Positions 37,656 to 50,104 of a DNA stretch of 51,500 bases are shown here, in pieces; within the stretch, counting starts at the first letter, position 1, and each line of letters opens with the position of its first letter. The stretch is from contig MQRK01232526.1 in the NCBI GenBank assembly GCA_001938485.1, forward strand, positions 8,973-60,472, written 5' to 3'. A program made the position numbers and the translations under genes. The DNA is from Girardia tigrina (Eukaryota). The notes beneath the pieces are model-generated. The model saw only the letters and a program-made list of their open reading frames with translations. It did not search any database and was not told the DNA's origin.

Positions 37656-39437
37656 TAGAAATGTATACATAAATGGTTGTCCAAATATATCTATAAATAA
37701 TAGGGAATTTGTTAATTAATTTTGAATTATAAAAGTTTTAACTTACTTAAACAATACAACAAAATGCAAAAACACGTTTTACTAGTTTTTATATATATTA
37801 AGGAAGAATTATTATTTTATGAATCTTTTCTTCGAAATAAAAAACAGTGGACGTTTAAGCAAAGCTAATTACTTTATTTTGCAAAACACTTTTTTCAATT
37901 GAAGAAAAAACTTCACTTAATTTGTACATGTGATCCATTTATGGTGCTTGGCAATAAATCGGTTTTGCAGGGTTGATAAAAATGGAATGGCCAAAGGTTC
38001 TCGTTACTCATTTCCTGTTACATAGGCATAATCTAGCGGCGAAACACTTTAAACTATTTCTAAAATAAGTATTATAAAATTTTATTATAATAGTCAATTT
38101 TACTTTAACTTTGCCTTTTAAAGCACTATTAATATTTATACATATTTATAAAAATTATATTTTGTAATAATTGAAGTATTTTTAATTTATTTTTAATATA
38201 CATTTGCAGATTTGGAGGGCTTTGAAAAACATTTTCAAGGGGTCCATTAAATCAAAATGATTAAGACCCAATGTATTGTGTGACAAGGATTCGGATGTTC
38301 CTGTTTACAACTGAGGCCCACGAACTGTCTCCAGAGATAAATTATTACGACTAAATCAAAATGTTGACTTATTTTTGTTATAAAAAATCGAATAAAAATG
38401 AGTTTTTTCCTAGTTTTTGTAGGGAACACAAATCAGTTTCGTTGTAGAAAAATTTCTCATTTAAATTTTTGAAAGTTTTAATCATTTTTTTAGAAAAAGT
38501 ATCTAAGACTTAATATTAGCCGCGTTTTATTCAACCGTGAAGACTAAAATAATGAGAGTTGTTTGTTAATGTTTAAAAATTTATATTTTATTTGAACCTT
38601 AGAAACAAACTTGTATTATTATTTATCACTTATTTTCATCTTGATTAAAAGTTTCCTCTATATTTCGATAACATTAATTAGAATTTATAAGAGTATCATG
38701 CTAAATCATATTTTAAGGTTTGTAATTATATATAAAAAAACGAGGCCTTCATTTTTAATCTTGAGAGTATGTTGTGGAACCTTTGGGATTCCGTGTTTCT
38801 TATAATAATGGCTATTGTTCTTCTGATCCTAAATGCTTACTGTTCAGATCATTGTCCCTCATTAGAATCTCATTTGAATCAATGGAAATAAAAATTTCAT
38901 CTTAAATGAGAATACTCCAAAAAACGTATACAGTTCCAAGATATGTATTATGATTCAACAGGTAATATATCCCTTTATCCTTTTATCAGAAACAAATGAG
39001 GTGAACTTCTTAATTTTTTGCACATTCAATACCTTCATCCACACATACATATATATGTGGATTAAAGTTTTGTTTAACTATTACAGTCTATCATCTACTG
39101 TTAAGAAGGATGCTTCATGTTTATCAACTTTGGCTAGTCTGGTAAATGTGAAGAATCCTTCTAAACAGTAGTGTAGATTGTAATATCTTCATACATTTAA
39201 TTGTTGGGTTTTTTTGTAAAGCAAAATATGTAAAAATACTTTAATATTCGATAAGCGAAATCAGGACTAGAATAAGAGTTTAAAAATCTTGGATTACTTT
39301 AATAAAGATAAATTAATTAAATTTCTTTTCCTAAACTACTTTTAAATTAAAATTTACTAAATTATAATTTTAAAATTTGTATTAAGGAGAATTGAATAGC
39401 AATCACCATCAAATTGTACTTTAAATGACAAGTGTTT

Positions 39438-39475
<38 letters not shown>

Positions 39476-39476
<1 letters not shown>

Positions 39477-39650
39477 TTTCAATTAATTCAAATGGCAATT
39501 GGGTTAATAAAACAAAAAAAAACAAAAAATAGCCGTTTTCCCAAACATTTATTTTTATTTTGCAATACTAGTTTCGCCATATTGGCATCTTCAGTTGACT
39601 AATTGAAATTTCAGATTTAAGTCCCTTTTATATAGCGGTAGAGTGTTACA
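39476..39650 (-). repeat. Penelope pLTR-like repeat, uninterrupted copy of 43841-44311
   Basis: Reverse complement matches 43841-43859 plus 44176-44311; ends at (TA)n. Confidence 0.85.
39563..39597 (-). ncRNA. Minimal type I hammerhead ribozyme
   Basis: CAA-CTGAAGA-T-GCCA(ata)TGGC-GAAA-CTAG-TA^TTG; palindromic ACTAGT stem III. Confidence 0.8.
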
Positions 39651-40049
39651 TATTCGATTGATCTTTCTTAAGATTAGTTGATTTCTTTTCACAAACTTAT
39701 CTAGTGATCCATTCGTAGAAGTCATACGGGAATTTGATTTCATTTCAATCAAAATTTATTGTGCTTTTTTAATAATCATTTAAAGAGGTTCGCGTCTCCG
39801 TTTTAATCGTTCATCAATAACAAAATCATTTAACAAACTGTCTAAAAATCATTTAACAAACCTGTGGGAAACTAAAAATTTCTTTTATGATCGTTGTATA
39901 AAAGTAATGGTTTGCTCAATTTTGTTCATTTTTCATTTGTGTATAGGGAATTTATTTGGCTTTTAACAAGAATTACGAGTAAAATGTAATATGACTTAGT
40001 ATTACAAATATTTAGAGACAAAAAAATATACGTAATCTAATTTATTATA

Positions 40050-42443
40050 CAGGGTGATCATAAAGTAACTACCTGGTTTTAAACTGCAATAACATTTTTT
40101 GGCAAAACATTATGAAAAAATGGTTTTAAGTAGCAAAAAAGCATTTATTGATATTTAATAATATTCAACAGAATAACCATTGACATCAATACAATGTTTA
40201 AGGTGTCTATTAAAAGACTTAATGACATTTAGGAACATTTTACAATTTATTTTTGCAGCTTCTTGACAAATAAAATCATCAAGTTGCTGAATTGTTTCTG
40301 GTTTTCTCTTGTACACTTCATTCTTCAAATACCCCTACAGAAAAAAATCGAGTGGTGTCAAATCAGGTGACCTAGCCGGTCATACACATGGACCACATCG
40401 TCCCAGCCAACATTGTGGAAACGCTTCATCCAAAAATTGTCGCACAATCAGTGAATAATGGGTAGGTACTCCATCTTGCTGGAACACAGCTTTCCGTTTG
40501 TATGTTCTTGATAACGATGGCATAAAGCAACTTTATAATATAACCATATAATACGCCGCTGTTATGTTTCCTTGAATAAAAAATGGCCCATAAACACGAG
40601 TTGAAGACAACCCCATCCAAACATTAACTTTTTCACTAGCCTGTGACCTCTGATATGTTTCGGTTGGTGTTTCAGTGTCCTAAATGCGACAGTTATGTCT
40701 GTTTACAATCGTTAAGATGGAAAGTTGACTCATCAGAGAATATCAGTGTAGTGATTCAAAATCATAACTATATTTATAAATATGAATATATACTAAAATC
40801 TGATATTTTTTATTTATAAATACTATTGCCGGACTCTATGCAACAACGATGCAAAAATGCAAATCATTATTATCTTACATTCTAGTATTCAAATTTGGAA
40901 ATTTGTTTTCAAATNNNNNNNNNNNNNNNNNNNNNNNNAAAAAACAATTTTTTTCCGCATGCGTTGTTAAATGTAAATAAAGATTTATTTGATAAATAAT
41001 TAATTAAAAAAAATATATTGGACATAAATGATCAAATTGGAATTTGTTTGAATGTTCCTTTTATTAATGGCAATTTGTAAATAAACAAATATATTTTGAA
41101 CGGTTTTCTTTCAATTTTGATTTGAACCAGTATTCTCACCAATCGACTTCAACTCATCAAAAAGAAAATTCTTCTGCAACTAATGCGACACAAATATTCC
41201 TTTCCGTTTCTCCATCCGGTCGATCATACGGCGCTCAATATCCCANNNNNNNNNNNNNNNNNNNNNNNNNNNNNNNNNNNNNNNNNNNNNNNNNNNNNNN
41301 NNNNNNNNNNNNNNNNNNNNNNNNNNNNNNNNNNNNNNNNNNNNNNNNNNNNNNNNNNNNNNNNNNGAACATCTTCAACTCGAAACTCGAAAAATTACCG
41401 TCCCAAGAAAACGACATCTCCTCCGGCATCAGCAACACCAACAGCGCCAAGAAAGACACGAAATCTAGCAGTATCAACAAAGATTTGTCCCCGGAGCCGC
41501 CACCAGTGTGCGACATAAAGGAATCACTCCGGCCGACCACTAAGCGCCTCAAATCGACCTCGAATTACAACGAAGCGACATCGACCCATGCGAGCAATTG
41601 TTCGATTTCTCCGGACGCGAAACCCAAATCNNNNNNNNNNNNNNNNNNNNNNNNNNNNNNNNNNNNNGTTCGAGCTCCCAGAACACGTCAGACGGTCAAT
41701 AGAGGCGATATTACCGGTCGATTGCGTCGCCATGGTGATCGAGCGCGCGTGGAACAAGAACGACGGCAACCGCAACTGGGAGGACAGTTTGTGTCCCAAG
41801 TCCGACGCGATCGACGAGGCCACCAAAATCAGGTTACTAAGAAAATTTTCATCTGCATCTATCGATTGAATTAACGTTTCACATATAAAACGTCTAAGAG
41901 CGCAATCTTCTTCATACAAAAGTTGCGTGGCTGAATTCTATAGGAGAACATTTTAAAGTCGTTTCGTAATACTTTTTGAACAGTTCCATAAGAGTAAGTC
42001 AGAGTTGACAACGATTTCCTGATAGCAGACTGGGGTTCTTGCTTAAAATGTTCAGCTATCTCATTTTTCTTTTCCTCATCAATTGGCGTCTTCCATATTT
42101 TAGGGCATTTAGAACGCTTCCTGTTTCTTCAAACTTTTTGAAGATGCTTCTAATAATTTTTTCAGTTGGAATATTTTTCCATTTAAGTCGTTGAAGTTCT
42201 CTTCTTACTAAAGTCACTGACTCATGCTTCGCAAATAAAATAATAATTTTTACACACTGATTTACATCCATTTTGAATCTTACGCTTAAAACAATAACAA
42301 CAATTAATACATTTAAACAAAATGTACTTTTAATTAAATTTTTAAGAATAAGCTTCAAGATGCCTTTATAATTAAAAAGAAATATAATATAGTTCAAAAG
42401 TTATTGCAGTTTAAAACCCGATAGTTACTTTATTATCACCCTG
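40050..42443 (-). mobile_element. DD41D (rosa/Visitor) Tc1-mariner element interrupted by a 1081-bp insertion
   Basis: 44-bp TIRs cagggtgat...aaactgcaataac with TA TSD; transposase about 42271 to 40155 with FEETGSV HTH, LIFSDES, FQQDG and SPDLTPLDFF; 41 residues counted between the second and third D. Confidence 0.92.
40747..41827 (+). mobile_element. Solo-LTR-like insertion, TGTAGTGA...CCAAA family, copy 2
   Basis: 5-bp TSD ATCAG (40742-40746 and 41828-41832); removal restores transposase frame SNLIFSDE. Confidence 0.82.
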
Positions 42444-43585
42444 TATATTAGCAATCTTTATAGATTTCTGTAATTAATTCGACAAGTAAAATGGGAATGG
42501 TTGTTTCAACAGTAAATAATATCCGGTGACCATTTGCATTATAGTGAATCTGAATTTATATGACAATTAATACAAATATTATATTAGTAAAATGATGTAA
42601 ACTTTTCCTTGGACCTACATTAAGTTAGTTCAAGATAAGTACTAATTCTTTTCTCGATAATTTATATTATGTAATTTAATATATATTTTTTCAAATTTAA
42701 TTTATTTATTTTTAATAATTATAAAATTCATAATATTCTTTTCTAAAAAAGGATAAATAATATTATTTTATTAAAAAAATTCATTAAAAAATTATGGTTT
42801 TAATTAACTGATTCATTTTGTTCTAAGACATAGGAAACAAAAATAAAACATTTTTATTGCCGCTAAGTTGAGGATTCGAAACTTTATGACTGAAAGTCTT
42901 CCATGTAATTCGTTTGTCGGAGATTGTTTTAGGAAATCACAGATTAAATTTATATAAAATTTTTGAGCCATTTTATTACCATATTTAATATTTTTTGAAT
43001 CGACTAACTAAAGTCTTGATTTTTTGATTTATTTATTTTTGTGCAATTATAGTGATGAGGAGTCAGTTAAAATTTAAAATTTGCAAATTAATTTATAAAA
43101 AATTTTAAATTAAAATGTTAAACATAATTAGATAATTATGTAAAAAATAAAAATATATAAAGTTTACAAATTTTAATAATAAAAAAATGATTTTTGTAGA
43201 AAAACTACAAACTGTACAATAATTAAAATAAACAAAACTTTTCAGTTAAAAAGGTTAGATTAATCAAAACCAATATATTTAAAAAAAGATAATATATTTA
43301 AAAAAATAAAGAAATAAGGAAGTTAAATTGATTTTTTATAAAAACAATAAATTTGGTAAAATTATAATGTAGAATGACATTATTTTGAAAATAAAAATAT
43401 TATTATAAATTAAATTTCACATAACTTAAATATTTTTTAATAATAGTAAATTTCAGTGATAAATATAATATTGAAAGTTTAATAAATTTATACAAAAGTA
43501 TAAATTTGATTTGAAAGAAAATTTAAAAAATGAATTTTGGCAAAATAATAAATAATAAATAATATATATATATATATATATATAT

Positions 43586-43797
43586 CCATGGAATTTAGAA
43601 ACCTATTTTTGAAGGATTTTTACGCAATCAATTTTCTCCAAATTTTGTACAATTACTCATTTTTGATGACAATAAATGATAATGTTAAAATTTGATCAAA
43701 AAAACTTTCTAAGGTCCCAAAATGAGAAAAAAACGGCCAAATCGGAGTTCCTAATCAGTATTAATATAAAAATATCTGGTCATAAATTATAAGTACT
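43586..43797 (+). repeat. Second copy of repeat 237-450
   Basis: Collinear similarity; begins after (TA)n. Confidence 0.75.
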
Positions 43798-43859
43798 TTG
43801 TATTATATATATATAAAGCCTTAAATTGAGTAATATTGCGTAACAGTCTACCGCTATAT

Positions 43860-44165
43860 TTGTTTTGGTACCGTAGCCTTTGGGCCATGGGTGCACTCAA
43901 TTATGCTTGGGTTTGGCATATACATTTGAGTGTCTCAGTAGGCAAGGAACCTGGTGGCGCCTATCTCCTCTCCAGGTATGGATGGTCGTTGGCTCCAAGG
44001 AGCTCATCCGCCCTTTGCTAGGTTTTTGTTTTTCATCCTGCTAGGTGTCCACACACCTCTTCACCCAGGTTGCTCTGGGTGAGAGAGCCAGTTTATTCGC
44101 CAACCATTCGACCATGGGACAGGTATTACAGGTTTACATCGTACCTGTAGCAGACAGATTGCCTG
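43860..44165 (-). mobile_element. Non-autonomous RTE-related SINE-like element, copy 2
   Basis: 10-bp TSD ACCGCTATAT at 43850-43859 and 44166-44175; matches 4162-4489. Confidence 0.88.
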
Positions 44166-44206
44166 ACCGCTATATAAAAAGGACTTAAATCTGAAATTTC
44201 AATTAG

Positions 44207-44243
44207 TCAACTGAAGATGCCAATATGGCGAAACTAGTATTGA
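44207..44243 (+). ncRNA. Minimal type I hammerhead ribozyme
   Basis: TCAA-CTGAAGA-T-GCCA(ata)TGGC-GAAA-CTAG-TA^TTGA. Confidence 0.82.
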
Positions 44244-44309
44244 AAAATAATTTTTTGGAAAAATGGCTATTTTTTGTTTTATTAACCCGATTGCCATTGG
44301 AATTAATTG

Positions 44310-44348
<39 letters not shown>

Positions 44349-46407
44349 NNNNNNNNNNNNNNNNNNNNNNNNNNNNNNNNNNNNNNNNNNNNNNNNNNNN
44401 NNNNNNNNNNNNNNNNNNNNNNNNNNNNNNNNNNNNNNNNNNNNNNNNNNNNNNNNNNNNNNNNNNNNNNNNNNNNNNNNNNNNNNNNNNNNNNNNNNNN
44501 NNNNNNNNNNNNNNNNNNNNNNNNNNNNNNNNNNNNNNNNNNNNNNNNNNATATATATATATATATATATTATATTTAATATATATATATATATATATTT
44601 ATTTGACAGCAGGCATCTATCTTCACTGATCAATTGGAACTGTAGGGATTTGTTAAATAAGATTTATAAATCTACATTTTCAACATTTTTCAAAAGACAA
44701 AGGATTGAAAAATGATTTTTTAAAAAATTAGTGAAATTTTTTTTATTAAATTTGAGTTTAAATATATTTTTTAAGTTAAATAAGAGAGTCAGCATAAATA
44801 ATGGATTCAAAAATGTTTTTTTGTTTTACTAGTTATTAATAATTTTTTGTGTGAAATTATGACTTTTAATCCTGAATCAAACAGTATCGAAGTAATGTCA
44901 ATCCAACTAACAATAGTAAAACGATTCATGTGTGTATTAAAAAATTATTCAAAAAAATTATTTAACATTTATATTATATTAATTTTCATATTTTTTTGTA
45001 AAAATGCTCTTCATAAATTGTTTTTTTGCCCGGCCAAGTAAATAATGATTTAATAGACCCATTGAGACTGAACTTCCCAATTATGTTCAATGAGTGAATA
45101 TATGTTACTTCTTACACATAAATTATGTCAAGTAGGTAATTTTTATTTCAAGGGAAAACATTTATTTTCTCCTAATTTATTTATCATTCTGTTCAAATTG
45201 AAAAAAAATAATTTTTCTAAAATATTTATTAATTCTGATATGATGATTTTATTGATTTTCACTATTATTTCAATAACATTATAAAAGTATTCCAACAAAA
45301 AAAATTAAAAAAAACTCTATGGAAATATAATTCCTTTTTCTATTCCCCTGAAATAATTTGAGATTTCAAATATTTCCATTATTAAAGTAAGCAGTAAAAT
45401 TGATTTTTTTAAAGTTTTGTTAAATTGTATGAAAGATTTGCATTAAAATTTGTTTAAGAAAACTAAAAAGTTTTATAAAAGTTCATTAAAACTCATAATT
45501 AAGTTGAATTTAATAATAATTTCATTTACATATGAGAAAAATATGTAAATTTTATTAGAAATTTATACAAAAATAAATAAAATTTTAAAAAGAATTTCTT
45601 ATTAAAATGTGATAAAAAAACTTAATTAAAATTTGAAAAATTACTTCATTTTTAAAAAAATTATAATATTTCAAGTTGTTAATGTTTAAATTTTGTAATA
45701 TTAATAAAGTAAAATTTTAATATATTAAAATTTATTTTCTAAATCGTATAGAAATAATAAATAAAAAAGATGGAGAAATTAAGAGTAAAAAGGATTTAAA
45801 AATTTTAGGTATCAGTAAAATGGAAATATAACATTTATTTAAATTGTAATAAAATAAAAATTACTTTAGTGGACAATTACTCCAATTTTTGCAATCTTTA
45901 TTACTTTTACAGTCATGACCATTCTTTGGACTATCCGTACTAAGACTTTCATACATTGACATTATTCTTGTTTGAAAATAATAGTGTATTTTTAATTTTT
46001 ATTTTGCAAAGAAATATTAGCAATAACAAATAATAAATCTTCATTGAGCTTTATCCTTCATCCGAATAGTAATTGTGTCTCTGATAATTCTAAATTGCCA
46101 TTCCACAATTCTTTTAGTGTAATGATAGTATGGACTGGAGTAAACTATTCCTTCTTCAAAATTATTACACATTTTGTTGAACAATGATGCTTCAAACGTT
46201 TGCCCTTTAACCATATGAATTTCTTTAGGTTGTCAAAATTTCCACATTCATCTGATGTTCGTACGGATTTCCAATCTTGATGAGCCAAGGTATTCAAACT
46301 ACTATAATATACTAAATTAGTATATATTATCGAAAATATGTGATAGTACCCAATCACATTTCTTTTGAATGGTCCACAGATATTCATGTACAATTTTTGG
46401 AAAGGTT

Positions 46408-48005
46408 GGTGATCCGACAAATTCACTTAAAGGGGATTGCAAAACTTTTTTTTATTACTTAATGTTAAAGATTAGTTATTGTTAAAAATATTTTTGAATT
46501 ATAAAATTTATAAATGCTTTTCCAAATTTTTATTATTATTTACTTATTGCTAAAAATATTTTTGAATTATAAAAGATGGATAATCTTCATGGAGATGTGT
46601 CAAACGAGAGTGTTCTGGAAGAGGGAGGACAGAAACTAATGGTACAGTCCTGAATATCACTGATCATATACATACTCCAGACAATTATAAGAATGAAACT
46701 GAAAAAATCAAATCGAATCAAATGCATACAGAGGAGACAAAGGAGAGCTGATATTAACAATTCCAGACCAAAATCTGTTAATTACATCATTCTTCCTGAA
46801 GATATGAAAGTAACAACACGTTCAGAAAATTTTATTTCTTGGGACACTGGGGAAGAAGACACAGATAGAATCTTCATTTTTGGTACATCAGCGAATTTGG
46901 AGTTGTTGGAGCAGTATCCACACTGGTTTATAAATGGTACGTTCAAAGTAGCTCCAGAAATATTTCTACAGTTATTTACTACACATGCTTTAATTGAAAA
47001 TCGGTCAATTCCCTTGATTTATGTCCTAATGAGAACAAAAATACAGTTTTACTATGAACGGATTTAACTGAAGTTGATAAAAGAAAGATGTTTAATCACA
47101 CCTACCAGTGTTTTGATAGATTTTGAATTACCATGTATGATATTTTGTTGTCTATTTCATATTGGGCAATCTTTGTAGCGCCGAATACAGAACGAAGGCT
47201 TATGTAACCTTTATCGTAACGACGAAAACTTAAAATTATATATACAAAAATGTTGATAGCTTTGTTCCTCCAGAAGATGTTGGAACAGCTTTTGATGACT
47301 TGAATAACAGTAGACCTGGGTGTCTTGAAAATATTTATAATTACTGGGCAATTATAAATAAATTACTTGATAGGCAATCGATGGGGTCTGAAGGTTTGCC
47401 TCAAACTAATGATTCAGCTGAGGATTGACATAATGCATTTCAGTAATCTGTTGCTTGTCATCATCCTATAAATTACACATTGATCGATCATTTCCGTCGT
47501 GAACAGGACTTGATAGAGCAAACTATGAGTCGTAAATTTAGTGGAATTTCTACTAAAACAGCCAGCAGATCTAAGTACGTACAATTATCCAAACGTCTTG
47601 CTGCAATTATTCCTACTTATAATGGATGTGAATTTAAGGAGTATTTGCAAACTATAGCTTTTAATATTGACATTTACATTGTCTCTTTTAGATAATTGTT
47701 TAATTGATAATAAATTTGTGTTTTTTAATCTTGTGTTTCAGTATATTTAATTAATATTGACATTAAGATTAATATTGACATTAAATATTTCAAACATATT
47801 TAATAAAATCATTACAATAAAATCCAATACTTATAATTTGACAATGACTCAAAATATCTTAAGCAATAAGTAAATAATAATAACAAATTTTCAAAAAAAT
47901 CTATTAATTTTATAATTCAAAAATATTTTTAACATTAAGTAAATAAAAAAAGTTTTGCAATCCCCTTTTTGCTCATTTGTCGGTGCGCGCATTTATCAGG
48001 GTACC
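46408..48005 (+). mobile_element. MULE/Mutator transposon with decayed transposase (about 46575-47695)
   Basis: Long imperfect TIRs (ccgacaaat...aaaggggattgcaaaactttt); 9-bp TSD ggaaaggtt/gaaaaggtt; HWFINGTFKVAP...QLFT, IDFE, CLFHIGQS motifs. Confidence 0.92.
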
Positions 48006-49439
48006 GAAAAGGTTCATTAACTTATTGTTTAATATAGCTTTCTGTCGTTTTCGTTGTAAGAGTGTTCCATTGTTTGCAATTATACAGCTTTATGTGACTT
48101 CTTTTACTGTCACTCACATATAATCCATATTAAAATCATTTTTAAGGTAATTGCGAACCTTATTTTACTGCCAGTAAGACGCAAAATATTATGCATGCGT
48201 TCCACAAAATTAATTCTTTTACTTTTTGGAATCCAGTATTTATTGTCGATTTTAGCTTCAATATCATCTTTGTTCTTTCTTTCATGATATCTTTCATTAT
48301 TTGCTTAATTTCATCCCTTACCTTCCTTTATATGAATCCATTGAGATCTATATTTATTTGCAAAGATTCCTGTTTTTAATTTTCCACTTCTTCGCTTCTT
48401 CGTGCATTGTTTAAAACTGACTACACAATTCCCAATATTTCTTTGACATTGCACCTGTTTTATAGTATTTTCCCCTTTCCTACATTCCATTAGCATATCT
48501 AAACAACTAAAAAGCTTATCTATGTTTGAAAATGCGGTGTAAATAAATTTTTCGTATTCATCAGAGGCTTTGTGATATGTTTTTAGTAAAAAATTTTACC
48601 GTATAAGAAGTTTTTAAAATGTTGATTAAAAGTCATTACGGAGGAGAATCAGGTTTTCAGAATTCCTTGACTGAGTCCTTTTTATCGATTTTATTTCAAA
48701 ATATTTTACATTTACTTTTTTAATTTGCACAATTGTGTTCTTTCTAAACTTTAAAATTTCTATATTTAAATTATAATTTCGTCCTTCAATTATGACATTT
48801 GTTTTTCAATTTTGTATATCGTTCTAAACTTTCAGCTTCTCTTTTACGAGCTTTTTCTCGACTTAATTTAATATTTATTTGCTGAAAACTCATATAATTG
48901 TTAGAGAAATTATTTGGTCTTTTATTTTTCATTATCATTAAAATTTTAGACATAATTTGATTAACCATTTAAATTCGCTTTCTCTTTTCTTGAACCATTG
49001 GCCAATTTTTTTATTTTCACAAACATTTTTTAATAGTGACAAAAACAGTCACGTAACAAAAAATAAACCAATTCATGCATTAAAACAAATGTTATGATTC
49101 ATTATTTTCAATAATTTATGTATATATATATTTCGTTAATCCTTTTTTAAAATAATTTTTATTAATTTTTTGTTAATTATTTTTTAACACGCAAATTATA
49201 AATTACTGATTATTAGCAAAGTTACAGATGAACCGAAATGTCAATATTCACTTCAATTTTAGATAATAAAAATTCAGATCATTCAAAAAATTTTATAAAC
49301 TATGCATAATTACTTTGACAATAACTGACAATAGATTATTCTTTGAAAATTCAAACTTTACATTATTATAGATTATTATCTAGAACTGATAATGACATTT
49401 TTAATAATAATGAAAACAAAGGCCATTTTTGAATATTAA

Positions 49440-50104
49440 ATTTATTCCCAATACAAACGCGTTTCACTATTTCGGCATCTTCAGTGCAATGAAATAAAGT
49501 GATTAATTGCTATTTATATAGTTGAAAAACTATTACATCATACGTCTCAANNNNNNNNNNNNNNNNNNNNNNNNNNNNNNNNNNNNNNNNNNNNNNNNNN
49601 NNNNNNNNNNNNNNNNNNNNNNNNNNNNNNNNNNNNNNNNNNNNNNNNNNNNNNNNNNNNNNNNNNNNNNNNNNNNNNNNNNNNNNNNNNNNNNNNNNNN
49701 NNNNNNNNNNNNNNNNNNNNNNNNNNNNNNNNNNNNNNNNNNNNNNNNNNNNNNNNNNNNNNNNNNNNGGCTCAATATCGAACTATTTCTACTCGATTGA
49801 GTATGTTCAGCAATTCTAGTGCGGAGATGACGACTTGTCTCTCCAATGTACAGGGCTTCGCACTTGTGACATTTGAATTGATAAACTGGATTTGCCTTAA
49901 TACACAAAGGAGTTTTTGATTTGTTGGAAAATAGTTCCGGCATTTATTCGTTAAAAAGATTACTCTCAATTTTAAGCCAACAGGTGTTCGATGTTCTAAA
50001 AAATCGTTTAAACTCTTTTGCTCTCTCTGAGTACGGTAATTTTAGATTGATAGTCATTTGATTATCAATGTCATTTCCCGAAGTTATATTTGATGCATTA
50101 TTTT
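49440..50104 (-). mobile_element. 5'-truncated Penelope-like element (GIY-YIG endonuclease end plus pLTR)
   Basis: LKLPY...NPVYQFKCHKCEALYIGETSRHLRTRIAEH followed by a hammerhead motif. Confidence 0.9.
49452..49488 (-). ncRNA. Hammerhead motif in the Penelope pLTR, stem II mutated
   Basis: TGCA-CTGAAGA-T-GCC(gaaat)AGT-GAAA-CGCG-TT^TGTA. Confidence 0.7.

Noticed and set aside
38860-39180. Decayed Penelope RT fragment (EYSKKRIQFQDM)
   Set aside because: Too degraded to support without a profile search.
41808-41827. TTTGG end read as a tRNA primer-binding site
   Set aside because: The two copies differ right after TGG (TGGTGGCC vs TGGAGATC) and lack tRNA T-arm spacing.
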